DNA of 64,000 nt from Patescibacteria group bacterium (GTDB lineage: Bacteria; Patescibacteriota; Minisyncoccia; Phycocordibacterales; JACOZG01), in NCBI GenBank assembly GCA_038065495.1, contig JBBTQW010000002.1, positions 1,537 through 65,536 of the forward strand. Direction: 5' to 3'. Below the pieces are notes generated by a model. It did no database searches. It was given only the letters and a program-made list of their open reading frames with translations, and was not told where the DNA came from. Both the position numbers and the translations under genes were made by a program. Below, one piece after another: positions 28,401 to 39,171 of this stretch (the first letter of the stretch is position 1; each line of letters starts with the position of its first letter).

Positions 28401-28579
28401 CTTATACGTTGCAAGAAATGTTGACGATTAAGTCGGATGATATCGTTGGCCGTTCGCAAGCATTTGACTCGATTGTGAAAGGTCGGGAGATCGGCGCGCC
28501 AAATTTGCCAGCCTCGTTTAATGTTATGTTAAATGAGTTACGTGGCTTGGCGCTAGATGTGGAATTACGAAAGTCTTAA
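25415..28579 (+). CDS. rpoB: DNA-directed RNA polymerase subunit beta
   Basis: 1054 aa with conserved beta-subunit blocks throughout (e.g. RLCPIHTPEGPNIGLI, NMQKQAIP, GRHGNKGVISRV). Confidence 0.95.
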   Translation: MRKKKYFARYLEPLAEMPDLVGLQRASYDTLLTDGLRDLFKEFSPINDYSGKKFELHFTNFQIEPPKFDEHYAKANQLSYEAALKVTVKLKNKIINEEKEQEIFLADFPLMTPHGTFVVNATERVVVTQLARSFGVFFTENELRGRKYFGAKVIPGIGAWIELDTEADDTIYVRIDRKRKFPVISLLRVLADLEGKQITDQEILALFADVKSDTDYLTTSLAKDHAKSADESYVEVYKRLRDSDLATVQNAREFVTGLFSKERYDISEVGRLRFNQRFGKPAPADQKAERNLSFDDLVKIITHIIKLNNDPAATPDDIDHLGLRRVRSVGEMLLQKLRVGMIQMRRNIQDRMSTVESTTTLPIQFINPRPLQAKIKEFFTTNQLSQFMNQKNILSEVEHLRTLSALGPGGLTRKRSGLEVRDVHTSHYGRLCPIHTPEGPNIGLILHLANYARVNRFGVIETPYRKVKDGKVTSEVVYLNALEEEKLVIAHGATKLDDNHKIVESVVDVRVEGHPTTAKSNKVDLMEVSPYQAFSVGTSIIPFLEHDDANRALMGSNMQKQAIPCLLPQAPLVATGIEAQVAADSGRLVLAAHAGVVKSIDGREIVIDEEENKKSIYTLANFIRTNDNTVFHHRPIVAVGDKVKKGQVLADASSSVNGQLALGQNVLVAFMSLDGANYEDAIIISERLVRDAVFTSIHIEEFTVSVRDTKLGPEITTHDIPNVGETKLRNLDEEGIIREGAEVGPGDILVGKITPKGETELTPEERLLRSIFGEKSRDVKDTSLRLPNGKKGKAISVKIFSREKGDKLESGIIKRIHIQVAELRNISVGDKMAGRHGNKGVISRVLPMEDMPYMADGTPVDIILTPLGVPSRMNLGQIFEMHLGLAAHTLNYQAITPPFTGATEQEIKEELKAAGFSETGKVKLINGKTGNAFQQDIAIGYMYILKLDHMVEDKVHMRSIGPYSLITQQPLGGKAQRGGQRFGEMEVWALEGYGAAYTLQEMLTIKSDDIVGRSQAFDSIVKGREIGAPNLPASFNVMLNELRGLALDVELRKS

Positions 28580-28591
28580 TTTAATAACAAC

Positions 28592-31500
28592 ATGATTATC
28601 CCTAAAAATAGTGAGCAGAAAAACGACTTCAATTCCATCAGTTTGCGGCTAGCGAGCCCGGAGCGGATCCGGGAGTGGAGCCATGGCGAAGTGACTAAAC
28701 CTGAAACGATCAACTACCGCACGGGGCGGAGTGAGCGCGGTGGTTTGTTTGATGAACGGATCTTCGGTCCAGAACGTGATTACGAATGTTACTGCGGCAA
28801 ATATCGTCGGATTCGTTACAAAGATATTATCTGTGAACGTTGTGGCGTGGAGGTTACTAATTCGATTGTTCGGCGTGAGCGGATGGGTCACATTGAGCTG
28901 GCTAGCCCGGTGGCGCATGTCTGGTTTGTGCGCGCGATTCCGTCTAGGATTGCACTGTTTCTTGGCTTATCGATGGCGGACGTGGAGAAAGTTATTTACT
29001 TTGCCGGTTATATCGTCACCAGCGTAAATGCTGACGAAAAAGCGAAACTTTTGAAAGAAATTGAACATGAGTACAAGCAGAAGTTGAAAACTCTGCAAGA
29101 CGACCGGAGTAAAGAAGCGCTGAAAGAGCAAATGCAAAACGCTAAGACGAGCTTGGAGAGTTTGGTGGCGGGCAAGGTGCTGGACGAAGTCTCTTATCAT
29201 CGCTTGTCGCTCAAGTATGGTTCGGTTTTTGAGGCCGAGATTGGTGCAGAGGCTTTGCATAAAATCGCGAAAAAAGCGGATCTGGATAAACTCTTGACCG
29301 AAGTGGAGACCAAGCTTGAGAGCGCCAGCTCGCTGGAGAAAGCGCGCGTGCAGAAGCGTTACAACTTGCTCAAGTCGCTCAAGCGGGCTGGCTTGCGCCC
29401 CGAGTGGATGTTTTTGACGGCCATCCCCGTGATCCCACCCGATCTGCGGCCGATGGTAGCGCTCGATGGCGGCCGGCACGCGACTTCTGACGTTAACGAC
29501 CTGTATCGTCGCGTGATCAACCGCAACAACAGATTAAAAAAACTGATAGAACTGAATGCGCCGGAGGTAATCTTGCGTAACGAAAAGCGTATTTTGCAAG
29601 AAGCCGTTGACGCGTTGATTGATAATTCGATTAGACGTGGGGCGAATGCGGGCGCGATTAATCCGGCCCAGCGTCGGCCACTTAAATCTTTATCAGACGG
29701 CTTGCGCGGCAAACAAGGCCGGTTCCGCCAGAACTTGCTCGGTAAGCGCGTGGACTATTCTGGTCGGTCGGTGATTGTGGTCGGGCCAAGTCTTAAACTA
29801 TCAGAATGTGGTTTACCCAAGCACATCGCTCTGGAGCTATTTAGACCGTTTGTAATTGCCAAAATTCTCGAACGCGAACTAGCTTACAATATCCGTGGTG
29901 CGGGTAGATTAATCAACGATCAAGAGCCGGAAGTTTGGGCGATTTTGGAAGAAGTAATCAAAGATAAATATGTCTTGCTCAACCGTGCGCCAACCTTGCA
30001 CCGCTTGGGTATCCAAGCCTTCCAGCCAATCTTGATCGAAGGCAATGCGATTCAGGTTCACCCTCTCGTGTGTAGTGCCTTCAATGCCGACTTCGATGGT
30101 GATCAAATGGCGATCCACGTGCCGCTTTCGAGTCCAGCCCAAAAAGAAGCGAGAGAATTAATGGCCGCGAACCATAATTTACTCAAGCCGGGCAATGGTA
30201 CGCCGGTCTTCAACTTACGCTTGGATATTGCGCTTGGTTGTTACTGGGTTACCAAGTTCTTGGATGGTGCAACTGGCGAGGGCGAAGTTTTCGGCAGTGT
30301 GAACGAAGCAATTACGGCCAATAACTTTGAGGCAATTAATATTCGCGCAAAGATCAAAATCTTAGCTGATGATAGTGCTAAATATAGTCAACACACCGGC
30401 ACGCTATTAGAGACTTCGGTGGGTAGAATTTTATTCAATAAAACTCTACCAGCTGATTTTCCGTTTATTAATAAAGAAATTAGCGGTAAAGAGATTAGCT
30501 TAATCGTCGATCAGTTGATCAATCGTTATGGTACAGATGCCGTGGGACCAATCTTGGACGAGATCAAAGCGTTTGGCTTTCACTACGCCACGCTTTCTGG
30601 CACCACTTGGGGCATTGACGAAGTCCGCGTGCCGGTAGAGAAAGAAAAAATTGTGACCGAAGCGCGCGAACAGGCTAAAAAATTAGAAGAAAATTACGAA
30701 GACGGCTTGCTCTCGGATGACGAGCGTCACATGTTATTTACCAAAATCTGGAATGCAACGAAAGGCAAGATTGAGAAAGTCTTGATGTCTGGCTTGGAGA
30801 GCGAAGGCTCGGTTTCTTACATGTTAGCCTCTGGCGCGCGTGGCTCGACTAGTCAGGTCACGCAAATGTCGGGCATGAAAGGTTTGATCTTGAGTCCATC
30901 TGGCAGAATTATCGATTTTCCCGTCGTGTCTTCTTACAAAGAAGGCTTAACGCCACTGGAATATTTCATTACCACGCACGGCTCACGCAAAACACTCACG
31001 GATACGGCGCTAAACACTGCTAAAGCCGGTTACCTCACCAGACGCTTAGTTTATGTGGCGGAGGATGTGCGGGTGATGGAAGAAGATTGTGGTGACACCG
31101 AAGGTAAATTAATTTCTACAGCTAATATTTCTAGTTTCGATCGGGGCATTGCGCACTTGATCTGGGGTCGGGCGCTCTCGCATGAGCTCAAGAATGCAGC
31201 GGGGAAAGTCTTGTTTAAGAAAGGTCACTTGGTGACGCACGAGGATGCGCAATTGGTGGAGAAAGAGGGGATTACGGAAGCTTCTGTGCGGACTTTGCTC
31301 ACTTGCAAGTCGAGTTATGGTGTTTGTCAGCAATGTTACGGTATTGATCTCGGGCGTGGTCACTTGGTGGCGATGGGTGAGCCGGTGGGTATTGTGGCCG
31401 CGCAGGCGATCGGCGAGCCTGGTACTCAGCTGACAATGAGAACCAAGCACTCTGGCGGTATCGATGTTGGTGGCGACATCGTTGGCGGCTTGCCACGGGT

Positions 31501-32281
31501 GGAAGAAATCTTTGAACGTCGCAACCCTAAGAATCCGGCGATTGTCTCGCAGGTCAATGGCTTTGTGAGCGAGATTAAACGTGATAATAAGCAAAGCGTG
31601 ATTGTGATTACGGCGGTAGCCGGTAGTAAAATTGCTAAGAAAAAAGGTAAAGCCAAAAAAGTTGGTGCCGAAGACGAATTAGCTGATAAAAATAAGTTAG
31701 AAACAGTGGAGTACGAAGTGCCATTGATGCGCGATATCTTGGTGAAGAAAGGTGATGAAGTGGCGATTGGGCAACTGCTCACCAACGGCCCGGCGGATCT
31801 GCAAGAATTATTCAAATACAGTGGTAAAGATGTGGCGGAAGAATATGTGATCAATGAAATCAGCAAGATTTACGAACTGCAAGGCGCCTCGATCTCGCGC
31901 AAGCACATTGAGCTGATTATTCGCCAGATGTTCTCGCGACGCAAGGTCAAGACAGCCGGTAGCACGGCCTTCGACGTCGGTGATATTCTCGAGTCGCATC
32001 AGCTTACAGAAGCCAATGCGGACTTGAAGAAAAGCGGCGAGCCAGCTACGGCCGAGATGGTCTTGCTCGGAATCTCCGAAGTCTCGCTCAATACCAGCAG
32101 CTTTATCTCGGCCGTCTCGTTTAGTCAGACCACCAAAGTACTGATCCGCACGGCGATCAAGGGCGGCTTGGATCGCTTGCGTGGGCTCAAAGAGAATGTA
32201 ATTATCGGTCGCTTGATCCCGGCTGGTACCGGCTTGCGGCCCAACTTCTGGACCCGGCCCAAGGACGACCTGACAGGCTAG
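28592..32281 (+). CDS. rpoC: DNA-directed RNA polymerase subunit beta'
   Basis: 1229 aa with the [16 protein letters not shown] catalytic motif and a zinc-binding CxxC N-terminus. Confidence 0.95.
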   Translation: MIIPKNSEQKNDFNSISLRLASPERIREWSHGEVTKPETINYRTGRSERGGLFDERIFGPERDYECYCGKYRRIRYKDIICERCGVEVTNSIVRRERMGHIELASPVAHVWFVRAIPSRIALFLGLSMADVEKVIYFAGYIVTSVNADEKAKLLKEIEHEYKQKLKTLQDDRSKEALKEQMQNAKTSLESLVAGKVLDEVSYHRLSLKYGSVFEAEIGAEALHKIAKKADLDKLLTEVETKLESASSLEKARVQKRYNLLKSLKRAGLRPEWMFLTAIPVIPPDLRPMVALDGGRHATSDVNDLYRRVINRNNRLKKLIELNAPEVILRNEKRILQEAVDALIDNSIRRGANAGAINPAQRRPLKSLSDGLRGKQGRFRQNLLGKRVDYSGRSVIVVGPSLKLSECGLPKHIALELFRPFVIAKILERELAYNIRGAGRLINDQEPEVWAILEEVIKDKYVLLNRAPTLHRLGIQAFQPILIEGNAIQVHPLVCSAFNADFDGDQMAIHVPLSSPAQKEARELMAANHNLLKPGNGTPVFNLRLDIALGCYWVTKFLDGATGEGEVFGSVNEAITANNFEAINIRAKIKILADDSAKYSQHTGTLLETSVGRILFNKTLPADFPFINKEISGKEISLIVDQLINRYGTDAVGPILDEIKAFGFHYATLSGTTWGIDEVRVPVEKEKIVTEAREQAKKLEENYEDGLLSDDERHMLFTKIWNATKGKIEKVLMSGLESEGSVSYMLASGARGSTSQVTQMSGMKGLILSPSGRIIDFPVVSSYKEGLTPLEYFITTHGSRKTLTDTALNTAKAGYLTRRLVYVAEDVRVMEEDCGDTEGKLISTANISSFDRGIAHLIWGRALSHELKNAAGKVLFKKGHLVTHEDAQLVEKEGITEASVRTLLTCKSSYGVCQQCYGIDLGRGHLVAMGEPVGIVAAQAIGEPGTQLTMRTKHSGGIDVGGDIVGGLPRVEEIFERRNPKNPAIVSQVNGFVSEIKRDNKQSVIVITAVAGSKIAKKKGKAKKVGAEDELADKNKLETVEYEVPLMRDILVKKGDEVAIGQLLTNGPADLQELFKYSGKDVAEEYVINEISKIYELQGASISRKHIELIIRQMFSRRKVKTAGSTAFDVGDILESHQLTEANADLKKSGEPATAEMVLLGISEVSLNTSSFISAVSFSQTTKVLIRTAIKGGLDRLRGLKENVIIGRLIPAGTGLRPNFWTRPKDDLTG

Positions 32282-32293
32282 AGCCAGTCAACA

Positions 32294-33991
32294 ATGTCGT
32301 CAACTGTTGAACAAGTTAAGAGTAAGCTGGACATCGTGGAGGTGGTGAGTGGTTATCTCAAACTGGAAAAAGCGGGGCAGAACTGGAAGGCGCGTTGCCC
32401 ATTCCACAATGAGAAAACAGCCTCGTTCTTTGTTTCGCCAGCGCGGCAGAGTTACCACTGCTTCGGTTGCAATCGCGGTGGTGACTTGATCAGCTTTGTG
32501 GAAGAAATCGAAGGTTTAGATTTTATTAGTTCTTTGAAAATGTTGGCTGAACGTGCCGGTGTGCAGTTTGAGTCTCTGCACACTCAAACGCAAAATAAAT
32601 CAGAAAGTACGGAAAAAGAATTACTGACGCGAGTGTTAGAAAGTGCTCGGGATTATTACAGTTCGGAACTAAAAGCTAATCACGCGGTGCAAGATTATCT
32701 ACGCTTGCGCGGGCTGACTCCCGAAACAATCACGAGTTTCCAGCTCGGCTTTGCTCCGGATGGTTGGCAGAATCTGTGCCAGTTTCTGCAAAATAAGCGC
32801 TTTAGTGAGGGCGTGCTGATCAAGACTGGTCTGGTTTTACGTTCGGAGAAGAATAACAGCGTTTATGATCGCTTTCGCTCTCGGATTATGTTCCCAATTT
32901 GCGACGCAAATGGCAAAGTAGCGGGATTCTCGGGCCGGATCTTTGGTGAAGAAACAGAAAAAACTGGCGGCAAATATGTGAACAGTCCCGAGACGCCACT
33001 CTACAGCAAGTCGCGAATCTTGTACGGCTATGACAAGGCCAAAGTGGCGATTAGACGCGAGAATCAGTGTATTGTAGTGGAGGGTCAAATGGATCTCTTG
33101 CTCTCGCATCAAGCCGGTTTTGCTAATACGGTGGCTGTCTCGGGCACAGCGCTGACTATTGAACAGCTTAGCTTGATTAAGAGACTGACTGACAACCTAG
33201 TCATGGCCTTCGACGGCGACGAAGCGGGCGTGAGCGCGGCTAGCCGGTCTATAAATCTCGCATTATCAGCCGGCTTTAACGTGAGATTAGTCGCGATTTT
33301 GGACGGCAAAGACCCAGCCGAGCTGATTCTCGAGAGTAAAGCAAACTGGTCAGAAGCAGTGAAAAATGCAAAGTTGGTTATTGATTTTTTGTTAGACAAC
33401 TTAACTAGAAAAAAGTTAGAAAAACTGGCGCTGATACACGAAATTGAGAAAACCGTTTATCCGTATCTCGCGGTGTTAAAAAATACTCACGACACTGATC
33501 ATTATGTTGGCAAGGTGGCGCTGCTCACGCAATTGCCGGAGAATAGTATTAGAGAAAAATTACGTCAGATTCAGATTATTACTGAAGTTGTAGAAAACAA
33601 AATAATTCAGCCAGAAAAGTTGTCGCGGAGAGAGAAAATATTAGCAAGTTTGTTTGGTTTATATTGGTTGGGGAAAGAAGATAAAAAGATAGAGCTAGAA
33701 GAGAGATTAAAGTTGGTGTTGGGGGAGAAGTTTGTAGAAACCGAAGAGAAATTACTCGCGCGGAAAGGGGAATTGACTCTGACGGCGGAGTTGAGTTACG
33801 AGAACATGAGCGTAGAGAAACTAGCGCAAGAAGTGGAAGAATTATTTACTAATCTTAATTTGGAGGTTTATCAGGCAGAAGTTGAGGCTCTGAGATTTCG
33901 CTTAAGTCGCGAGGCGGAAAATGAGCAAAATATTTTAGAAAATTTGCAGAGTGTTTATAAAAAGATTAGTGATTTAAAAAATAAAAAATAA
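32294..33991 (+). CDS. dnaG: DNA primase
   Basis: Zinc-finger CPFHNEKTASFFV, followed by RNA polymerase and TOPRIM domains. Confidence 0.9.
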   Translation: MSSTVEQVKSKLDIVEVVSGYLKLEKAGQNWKARCPFHNEKTASFFVSPARQSYHCFGCNRGGDLISFVEEIEGLDFISSLKMLAERAGVQFESLHTQTQNKSESTEKELLTRVLESARDYYSSELKANHAVQDYLRLRGLTPETITSFQLGFAPDGWQNLCQFLQNKRFSEGVLIKTGLVLRSEKNNSVYDRFRSRIMFPICDANGKVAGFSGRIFGEETEKTGGKYVNSPETPLYSKSRILYGYDKAKVAIRRENQCIVVEGQMDLLLSHQAGFANTVAVSGTALTIEQLSLIKRLTDNLVMAFDGDEAGVSAASRSINLALSAGFNVRLVAILDGKDPAELILESKANWSEAVKNAKLVIDFLLDNLTRKKLEKLALIHEIEKTVYPYLAVLKNTHDTDHYVGKVALLTQLPENSIREKLRQIQIITEVVENKIIQPEKLSRREKILASLFGLYWLGKEDKKIELEERLKLVLGEKFVETEEKLLARKGELTLTAELSYENMSVEKLAQEVEELFTNLNLEVYQAEVEALRFRLSREAENEQNILENLQSVYKKISDLKNKK

Positions 33992-33994
33992 TTT

Positions 33995-35245
33995 ATGGCG
34001 AAAAAATCTAAAACTAATAAAACTAAAACTAAGATTAAAATTAAAGCGAAAAAGCCGGTGCTAAAACGCGCGGCAAAAAAAGCCAGTCCAAAGCCAAAAT
34101 TAAAATCTAAAGCCAAAGCCAAAATCCTGAAAGTTAAGAAAGTGCTTAAACTAGCCAAGAAAAAGACAGTTAAATCCCCAGCCGAACGCGAACATGAACA
34201 GAACGAGCAACGGATTGGCCGACTCTTGCAGAAAGGCCGTGGGCGGGGATTTATTACTTATGCCGAACTTCTCCGCGAGTTCCCAACTATCGAAGTCAAT
34301 CTTACTTTACTAGATGAGATTTATGAGAAATTTGAACTGGCTGGTGTGGACGTGCTGGAAGAAGGTGGCCTACTGGACGAGGTGGATGAGCAAAAGTTGC
34401 TAGAGCGCACGAGCAGTTCGCTGGACTCTGTGCAGATGTATCTCAAAGAAATTGGTAAATACAAACTAATTGTCGCCGCGGATGAACGTGACTTGGCGCG
34501 GAGAATCTTGCAAGGCGATGAAGAAGCGAAAAAAGCGCTGGCGCATGCTAATCTTCGCCTTGTGGTCTCGATTGCTAAAAGATACATTGGCCGCAGTGCG
34601 GATCTCACACTTCTCGATTTGATTCAAGAAGGCAATTTGGGTTTGTTCAAGGCGGTAGAAAAGTTCGACTGGACGCGCGGGTATAAGTTCTCCACTTATG
34701 CCACGTGGTGGATCCGCCAAGCGGTGACCCGAGCATTGGCCGATCAGTCTAGAACGATCAGAATTCCCGTCCACATGGTGGAAACAATTGCGAAATATAA
34801 ACAAGTGGTGCGGCGACTAACGCAAGATCTTGGCCGCGATCCCTTGCCTGCTGAGATTGCCACCGAGATGGGTGTGGAAATTGAGAAGGTTTACACGATT
34901 GAGCAAATAGATCAAGCCACAACTTCTCTAGACAAGCCAACAAATAGCGACGAAGAGCGCTCCACGCTCGGCGAGTTTATCCCGGATCACAAAATTGCCT
35001 CGCCCGACAAAGATGCCTCACAACGCATCCTCCGCGATCAGATCAAAGAAATCTTGGCTGACCTATCAGATAAAGAACGGGAAATTCTGGAGATGCGGCA
35101 CGGTCTCACCGACGGCGTGATGCGCACGCTAGAAGAAGTGGGCCAGCGCTTTGGCGTCACTCGCGAGAGAATTAGACAGATTGAGGCCAAGGCTCACGAA
35201 AAGATTCGCCAGCACGAGAAAGCTAAGAAGTTGATGGGGTATTAA
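33995..35245 (+). CDS. rpoD: RNA polymerase sigma-70 factor with a Lys-rich N-terminal extension
   Basis: Regions 2-4 are present ([31 protein letters not shown], region 4 HTH). The N-terminal ~60 aa is a poly-K/A/T repeat. Confidence 0.9.
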   Translation: MAKKSKTNKTKTKIKIKAKKPVLKRAAKKASPKPKLKSKAKAKILKVKKVLKLAKKKTVKSPAEREHEQNEQRIGRLLQKGRGRGFITYAELLREFPTIEVNLTLLDEIYEKFELAGVDVLEEGGLLDEVDEQKLLERTSSSLDSVQMYLKEIGKYKLIVAADERDLARRILQGDEEAKKALAHANLRLVVSIAKRYIGRSADLTLLDLIQEGNLGLFKAVEKFDWTRGYKFSTYATWWIRQAVTRALADQSRTIRIPVHMVETIAKYKQVVRRLTQDLGRDPLPAEIATEMGVEIEKVYTIEQIDQATTSLDKPTNSDEERSTLGEFIPDHKIASPDKDASQRILRDQIKEILADLSDKEREILEMRHGLTDGVMRTLEEVGQRFGVTRERIRQIEAKAHEKIRQHEKAKKLMGY

Positions 35246-35307
35246 AAAAGAAAAAAAATGCCGCTCCCGAATGGGAACGGCACACGTTGAGATTCTTTTT
35301 GATCCAA

Positions 35308-35808
35308 TCATACCGGAGCAGAGGGCAAGACTTTTGCCGAACTCCTTGGACGCAAAATTGCATTGGCGAGCTTTAGGAATTCTTTCAGGACATCGGCTTT
35401 CCAGTGAGCATGTTTCCATGCAATTGCGAGGGAAAAACGACAGTCGTGAACACGCCACCAGGCGAGCCACATAATCCTTGGTATGTGGTACCAGGTGGAG
35501 ATAAAAATTAATGTGTCGGACATCTTAACGCCACCCACGGCTCGAATGAAGACATCCATCTCGCCCGCAGTGTTGCCACCTCGTCGGTCGTAAGTGATGA
35601 TTGATTCAGGCACACCTCGCAAAATCAAATATTGACCCATCATGTGTGCCATCGCTTTTTGGCTTTTTTCTGCAGACACGGTGAGATAAATTATATCTAT
35701 CTGACCACTGCGATACAGACAAACTGCTTTGTTGCAACGATCGGTGGTTTGTTCATCAATCGAGCCATCTGCTTTTTGCCCATAACCAAACACCAAGGCA
35801 ATATTCAC
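35308..35808 (-). CDS. DUF218 (YdcF/ElyC-like) domain protein
   Basis: ..SAEKSQKAMAHMMGQYLILRGVPESIITYDRRGGNTAGE..ISTWYHIPRIMWLAW matches the DUF218 pattern (SEAEAM..GVP...NTxEN..VTSxYHMxRA). Confidence 0.55.
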   Translation of the reverse strand: MNIALVFGYGQKADGSIDEQTTDRCNKAVCLYRSGQIDIIYLTVSAEKSQKAMAHMMGQYLILRGVPESIITYDRRGGNTAGEMDVFIRAVGGVKMSDTLIFISTWYHIPRIMWLAWWRVHDCRFSLAIAWKHAHWKADVLKEFLKLANAILRPRSSAKVLPSAPV

Positions 35809-35943
35809 TTGTCACCTTCTTCCTAGTTCTTGTCAAAGAGCCAAAGACTGGCTCAAAACGTTGTTATTTCAGGCCACGATAGCCAAACTATACCGAGTAT
35901 AGCATATTGGGGTTTAGAAGTCAAGTAGACGAACAGAAATGTT

Positions 35944-36627
35944 TTAGAGATTTTTATCTAGAATCTTTTTGAGTTCAGACAGAGGTAAAGCGCCGGGGAT
36001 CATCGCTTTCTTGCCGTTCTTAAATATCACAACGCTAAACGGTGTGCCTTGCGCGCCAATCTCTAGCGCATTATCAATATCTGCTCTGATTCTAGCAGTC
36101 TGTTTGCCACTGTCTAAGCATTCAGTAAATCTCGCTTCATCAATACCAAGCTCACTTGCCATCTTTGGTAACAAGCTCATGTCTAGGCCATTATTAGACG
36201 GCGTGACTTCGAAGATTTTATCCACATATTGCCAATATTTTTCTGTCCCACCCAGCTGGGCCACGCATTCTGTGGCCTCGGCCTGTTTGTAAGCTAGCGG
36301 ATGGCGATCAATTGGGAAGTGGCGATAAACCCAAGCAATTTTGCCGCTATATTCGGCCAGTGCGGTGTGCATAGTCTCGTGGAAAACTTTGCAGAACGGA
36401 CACTCTAGATCAGAATATTCTACTACCGTGATTTCCGGATTAGCTGCGCCGCGGAGATGGTCGGTGTTGTCAACCGCTCGGACTTTATCTAGCGCATAGC
36501 TTGGCTCTGGTGGCGGATTATTGCCGGCTTGATTGTTATTTTTTCCGCTGTAGAGCACGGCGCCAGCGATCAAGATTCCGGCGATAATGATTGCTACTGG
36601 TGCGTTTAATTTATTTTGCGTGTCCAT
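35944..36627 (-). CDS. DsbA-like thiol:disulfide oxidoreductase, membrane-anchored
   Basis: N-terminal TM helix, thioredoxin-fold CPFC active site (DLECPFCKVFHE), and a DsbA-like C-terminus. Confidence 0.75.
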   Translation of the reverse strand: MDTQNKLNAPVAIIIAGILIAGAVLYSGKNNNQAGNNPPPEPSYALDKVRAVDNTDHLRGAANPEITVVEYSDLECPFCKVFHETMHTALAEYSGKIAWVYRHFPIDRHPLAYKQAEATECVAQLGGTEKYWQYVDKIFEVTPSNNGLDMSLLPKMASELGIDEARFTECLDSGKQTARIRADIDNALEIGAQGTPFSVVIFKNGKKAMIPGALPLSELKKILDKNL

Positions 36628-36790
36628 GTTATTTTATTCTTAATTTTCTCTAAATTTTAAAAAATTATCTTGAGTAATCTGCCAGTATAACATTTTTTTC
36701 TAATTTCAAAAAAAGCGAACCCTATCCCGATAAATCGAGACAGGGTTCGGGGTTAGGTTAAAGTGAGAGAGATGATTATGTCCTAGTGAT

Positions 36791-37306
36791 TCAGCGCCTG
36801 AAGGGAGACTGGCTCCGCGGTCGTGACCGGTGTGGTCCAGGTCGAACCATTCCGGGAATGTGATTGCTCACGGGGACAGTCGGTGGGGGAGTTTTCGCTG
36901 TTCTGGGATAACCCGGGAACGTTGCCCACTTGAGCACCAAGCTGGGATTCGTGATCGGGTCGATCTCTAGGGCAACATCGTCTTTTTCTTCTGGGAGCAC
37001 TGTAGTTGACTCTTCACCAAAGATACCAACTGCTGCCGATCCGTTTCCGTAGTGGCAAGTAAAAGTTTTCTTGCCAGTGTAACGAAAGATCACCACGGTT
37101 CTGAAAGATCCGCCCTCACTCGGGATTCTTACCCAAGCGAGGCTTCCATCTTTCGAAAGCTCGTGCACTTTCCCAATTCGGACTTGAGTCATTTGCGACT
37201 CTGCTAGCGTCGTTGCTTCTGCCATACTGCAAAATCCCTTTCTATTCTTCTCTGAATTTTCCAAATTCAACTTACTTCCACTCAACTTAACACTTGATTC
37301 TCTCAT
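36791..37306 (-). CDS. hypothetical protein, GC-rich, Pro/Arg-rich C-terminus
   Basis: ORF with a minus-strand intrinsic terminator (cgaaccct..agggttcg plus T7) at ~36715..36760. Confidence 0.3.
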   Translation of the reverse strand: MRESSVKLSGSKLNLENSEKNRKGFCSMAEATTLAESQMTQVRIGKVHELSKDGSLAWVRIPSEGGSFRTVVIFRYTGKKTFTCHYGNGSAAVGIFGEESTTVLPEEKDDVALEIDPITNPSLVLKWATFPGYPRTAKTPPPTVPVSNHIPGMVRPGPHRSRPRSQSPFRR

Positions 37307-37404
37307 TAACCTGTAAGGTACAGCCGGGAGATATGCTATACTGACTTTCTAATTTTGTCAATTTCTGCTAGAGTTTTAGTTAAATAAACAAAATACGCAA
37401 AACT

Positions 37405-39165
37405 ATGCAATCAGGCGAAATTAGACAAAAGTTTCTTGCTTTTTTTGAGAAAAGGGGACATGTGATTATTCCCAGTTCTTCACTCGTGCCAGAGAATGAC
37501 GCTTCGGTGCTCTTCAATACGGCTGGCATGCAACCACTCGTGCCTTATCTGCTTGGCGCGCCGCATCCGGCGGGCAAGCGTCTGGTGGATGTGCAGAAGT
37601 GCGTGCGCACGGCCGACCTGGAAGATATTGGCGACAATCGGCATTTGTCTTTCTTCGAGATGCTCGGCAACTGGTCGCTCGGTGATTATTTCAAACAAGA
37701 AGCGATTGCTTGGAGCTATGAATTCCTGACTAGTAAAACTGAAGGTTTAGGTTTAGATCAGAATAGATTGTACGTGACTTGTTTTGCCGGTGATGAAAAT
37801 GCGCCACGAGATTTAGAGTCTTCTGAAATTTGGAAAAGTTTAGGCGTGAGTGAAAACAGAATTTATTTTTTAGGCAAAGAAGATAACTGGTGGACTCCGG
37901 GCGCGAACGGTCCGTGCGGGCCAGACACTGAGATGTTTTATGATTTAACAGAAAGTGGTTTGGGCGAACTGAATCAAGAACAGTTTCTGCAAGCTGTAAA
38001 AGAAGAAAGTGTAGTCGAAATCTGGAATGACGTCTTCATGGAATATGAGCAGAAAGATGGCAAAGTAATTGGCAAGCTGAAGCAGAAAAACGTCGACACT
38101 GGCGCTGGTCTTGAGCGCATTACGGCCGTGATGCAAGGCCAGAAAACGGCTTATGACACGGATTTATTTGCGCCGATCATGGGCAAGATTGACGAGTTTG
38201 CCAGTCCAGCGAAATTAGAAAATGTAAAAGCGAAAAGGATTGTGGCGGATCACATTCGGACGGCTGTTTTTATGATCGCGGATGGCGTTCTGCCAAGCAA
38301 TACAGACCGAGGTTATGTTTTGCGGAGATTGATTAGACGTGCGGTGCGCTATGCGGATATTCTGGAAATCAAATCAGGTTCGCTATTCTGGCTAGCGCAG
38401 AGTGTGATTGAGAAATACGGCGAGGTTTATGAAAATCTGAAAACAAATCAAGAAAGTATCAAAAAAGAAATTGAACAAGAAGAAAGTAAATTTAGAGAAA
38501 CTTTGCAGAAGGGGTTACGAGAATTTGAGAAAGGTGTTGAGCCTTTTGTTTTATTTACTAGTTACGGCTTTCCAGTTGAGTTGATTAGAGAACTGGCAGA
38601 AGAAAAAGGGCAGAAAATTGATGAAGAAAAATTTGCTGAGGCCATGAAAGCTCACCAAGAACTCTCTCGCGCTGGGGCGGAGAAAAAGTTTAAGGGCGGT
38701 CTTGCAGATCATAGTGAGAAAGTCTTGCAATATCACACGGCGACACATCTCTTGCATCAGGCGCTACACGATGTGCTGGGCGAAAAAGTGATGCAGAAAG
38801 GCAGTAATATCACGGGCGAGCGTTTGCGCTTTGACTTTGCTCACGCGCAGAAAATGACAGACGAAGAAAAAAAGAAAGTAGAAGAAATTGTGAATCAGAA
38901 AATTGGTGAGAGCTTGCCAGTGCAGAATATTGTCTTGCCGAAAAGTGAAGCGGAGAAAATCGGCGCGCGGATGTTCTTTGGCGATAAATATGGCGAGCAG
39001 GTGAGTGTTTATTTTATCGGCGAAAGTCTAGAAAACGCTTACTCAAAAGAATTTTGCGGCGGACCACATGTTTCTAACACTTCTGATTTGAAAGGTGTTT
39101 TCAAGATCACGAAAGAAGAAGCCATTTCGGCCGGTGTGAGGCGGATTAAGGCGGTTCTAGAATAA
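37405..39165 (+). CDS. alaS: alanyl-tRNA synthetase, compact form without the C-Ala domain
   Basis: Catalytic motifs (FFEMLGNWSLGDYFK, DTGAGLERI) and the editing-domain HxxxH motif (HTATHLLHQALHDVLG), with CGGPHV near the C-terminus. Only 586 aa. Confidence 0.9.
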   Translation: MQSGEIRQKFLAFFEKRGHVIIPSSSLVPENDASVLFNTAGMQPLVPYLLGAPHPAGKRLVDVQKCVRTADLEDIGDNRHLSFFEMLGNWSLGDYFKQEAIAWSYEFLTSKTEGLGLDQNRLYVTCFAGDENAPRDLESSEIWKSLGVSENRIYFLGKEDNWWTPGANGPCGPDTEMFYDLTESGLGELNQEQFLQAVKEESVVEIWNDVFMEYEQKDGKVIGKLKQKNVDTGAGLERITAVMQGQKTAYDTDLFAPIMGKIDEFASPAKLENVKAKRIVADHIRTAVFMIADGVLPSNTDRGYVLRRLIRRAVRYADILEIKSGSLFWLAQSVIEKYGEVYENLKTNQESIKKEIEQEESKFRETLQKGLREFEKGVEPFVLFTSYGFPVELIRELAEEKGQKIDEEKFAEAMKAHQELSRAGAEKKFKGGLADHSEKVLQYHTATHLLHQALHDVLGEKVMQKGSNITGERLRFDFAHAQKMTDEEKKKVEEIVNQKIGESLPVQNIVLPKSEAEKIGARMFFGDKYGEQVSVYFIGESLENAYSKEFCGGPHVSNTSDLKGVFKITKEEAISAGVRRIKAVLE

Positions 39166-39171
39166 AAAATT

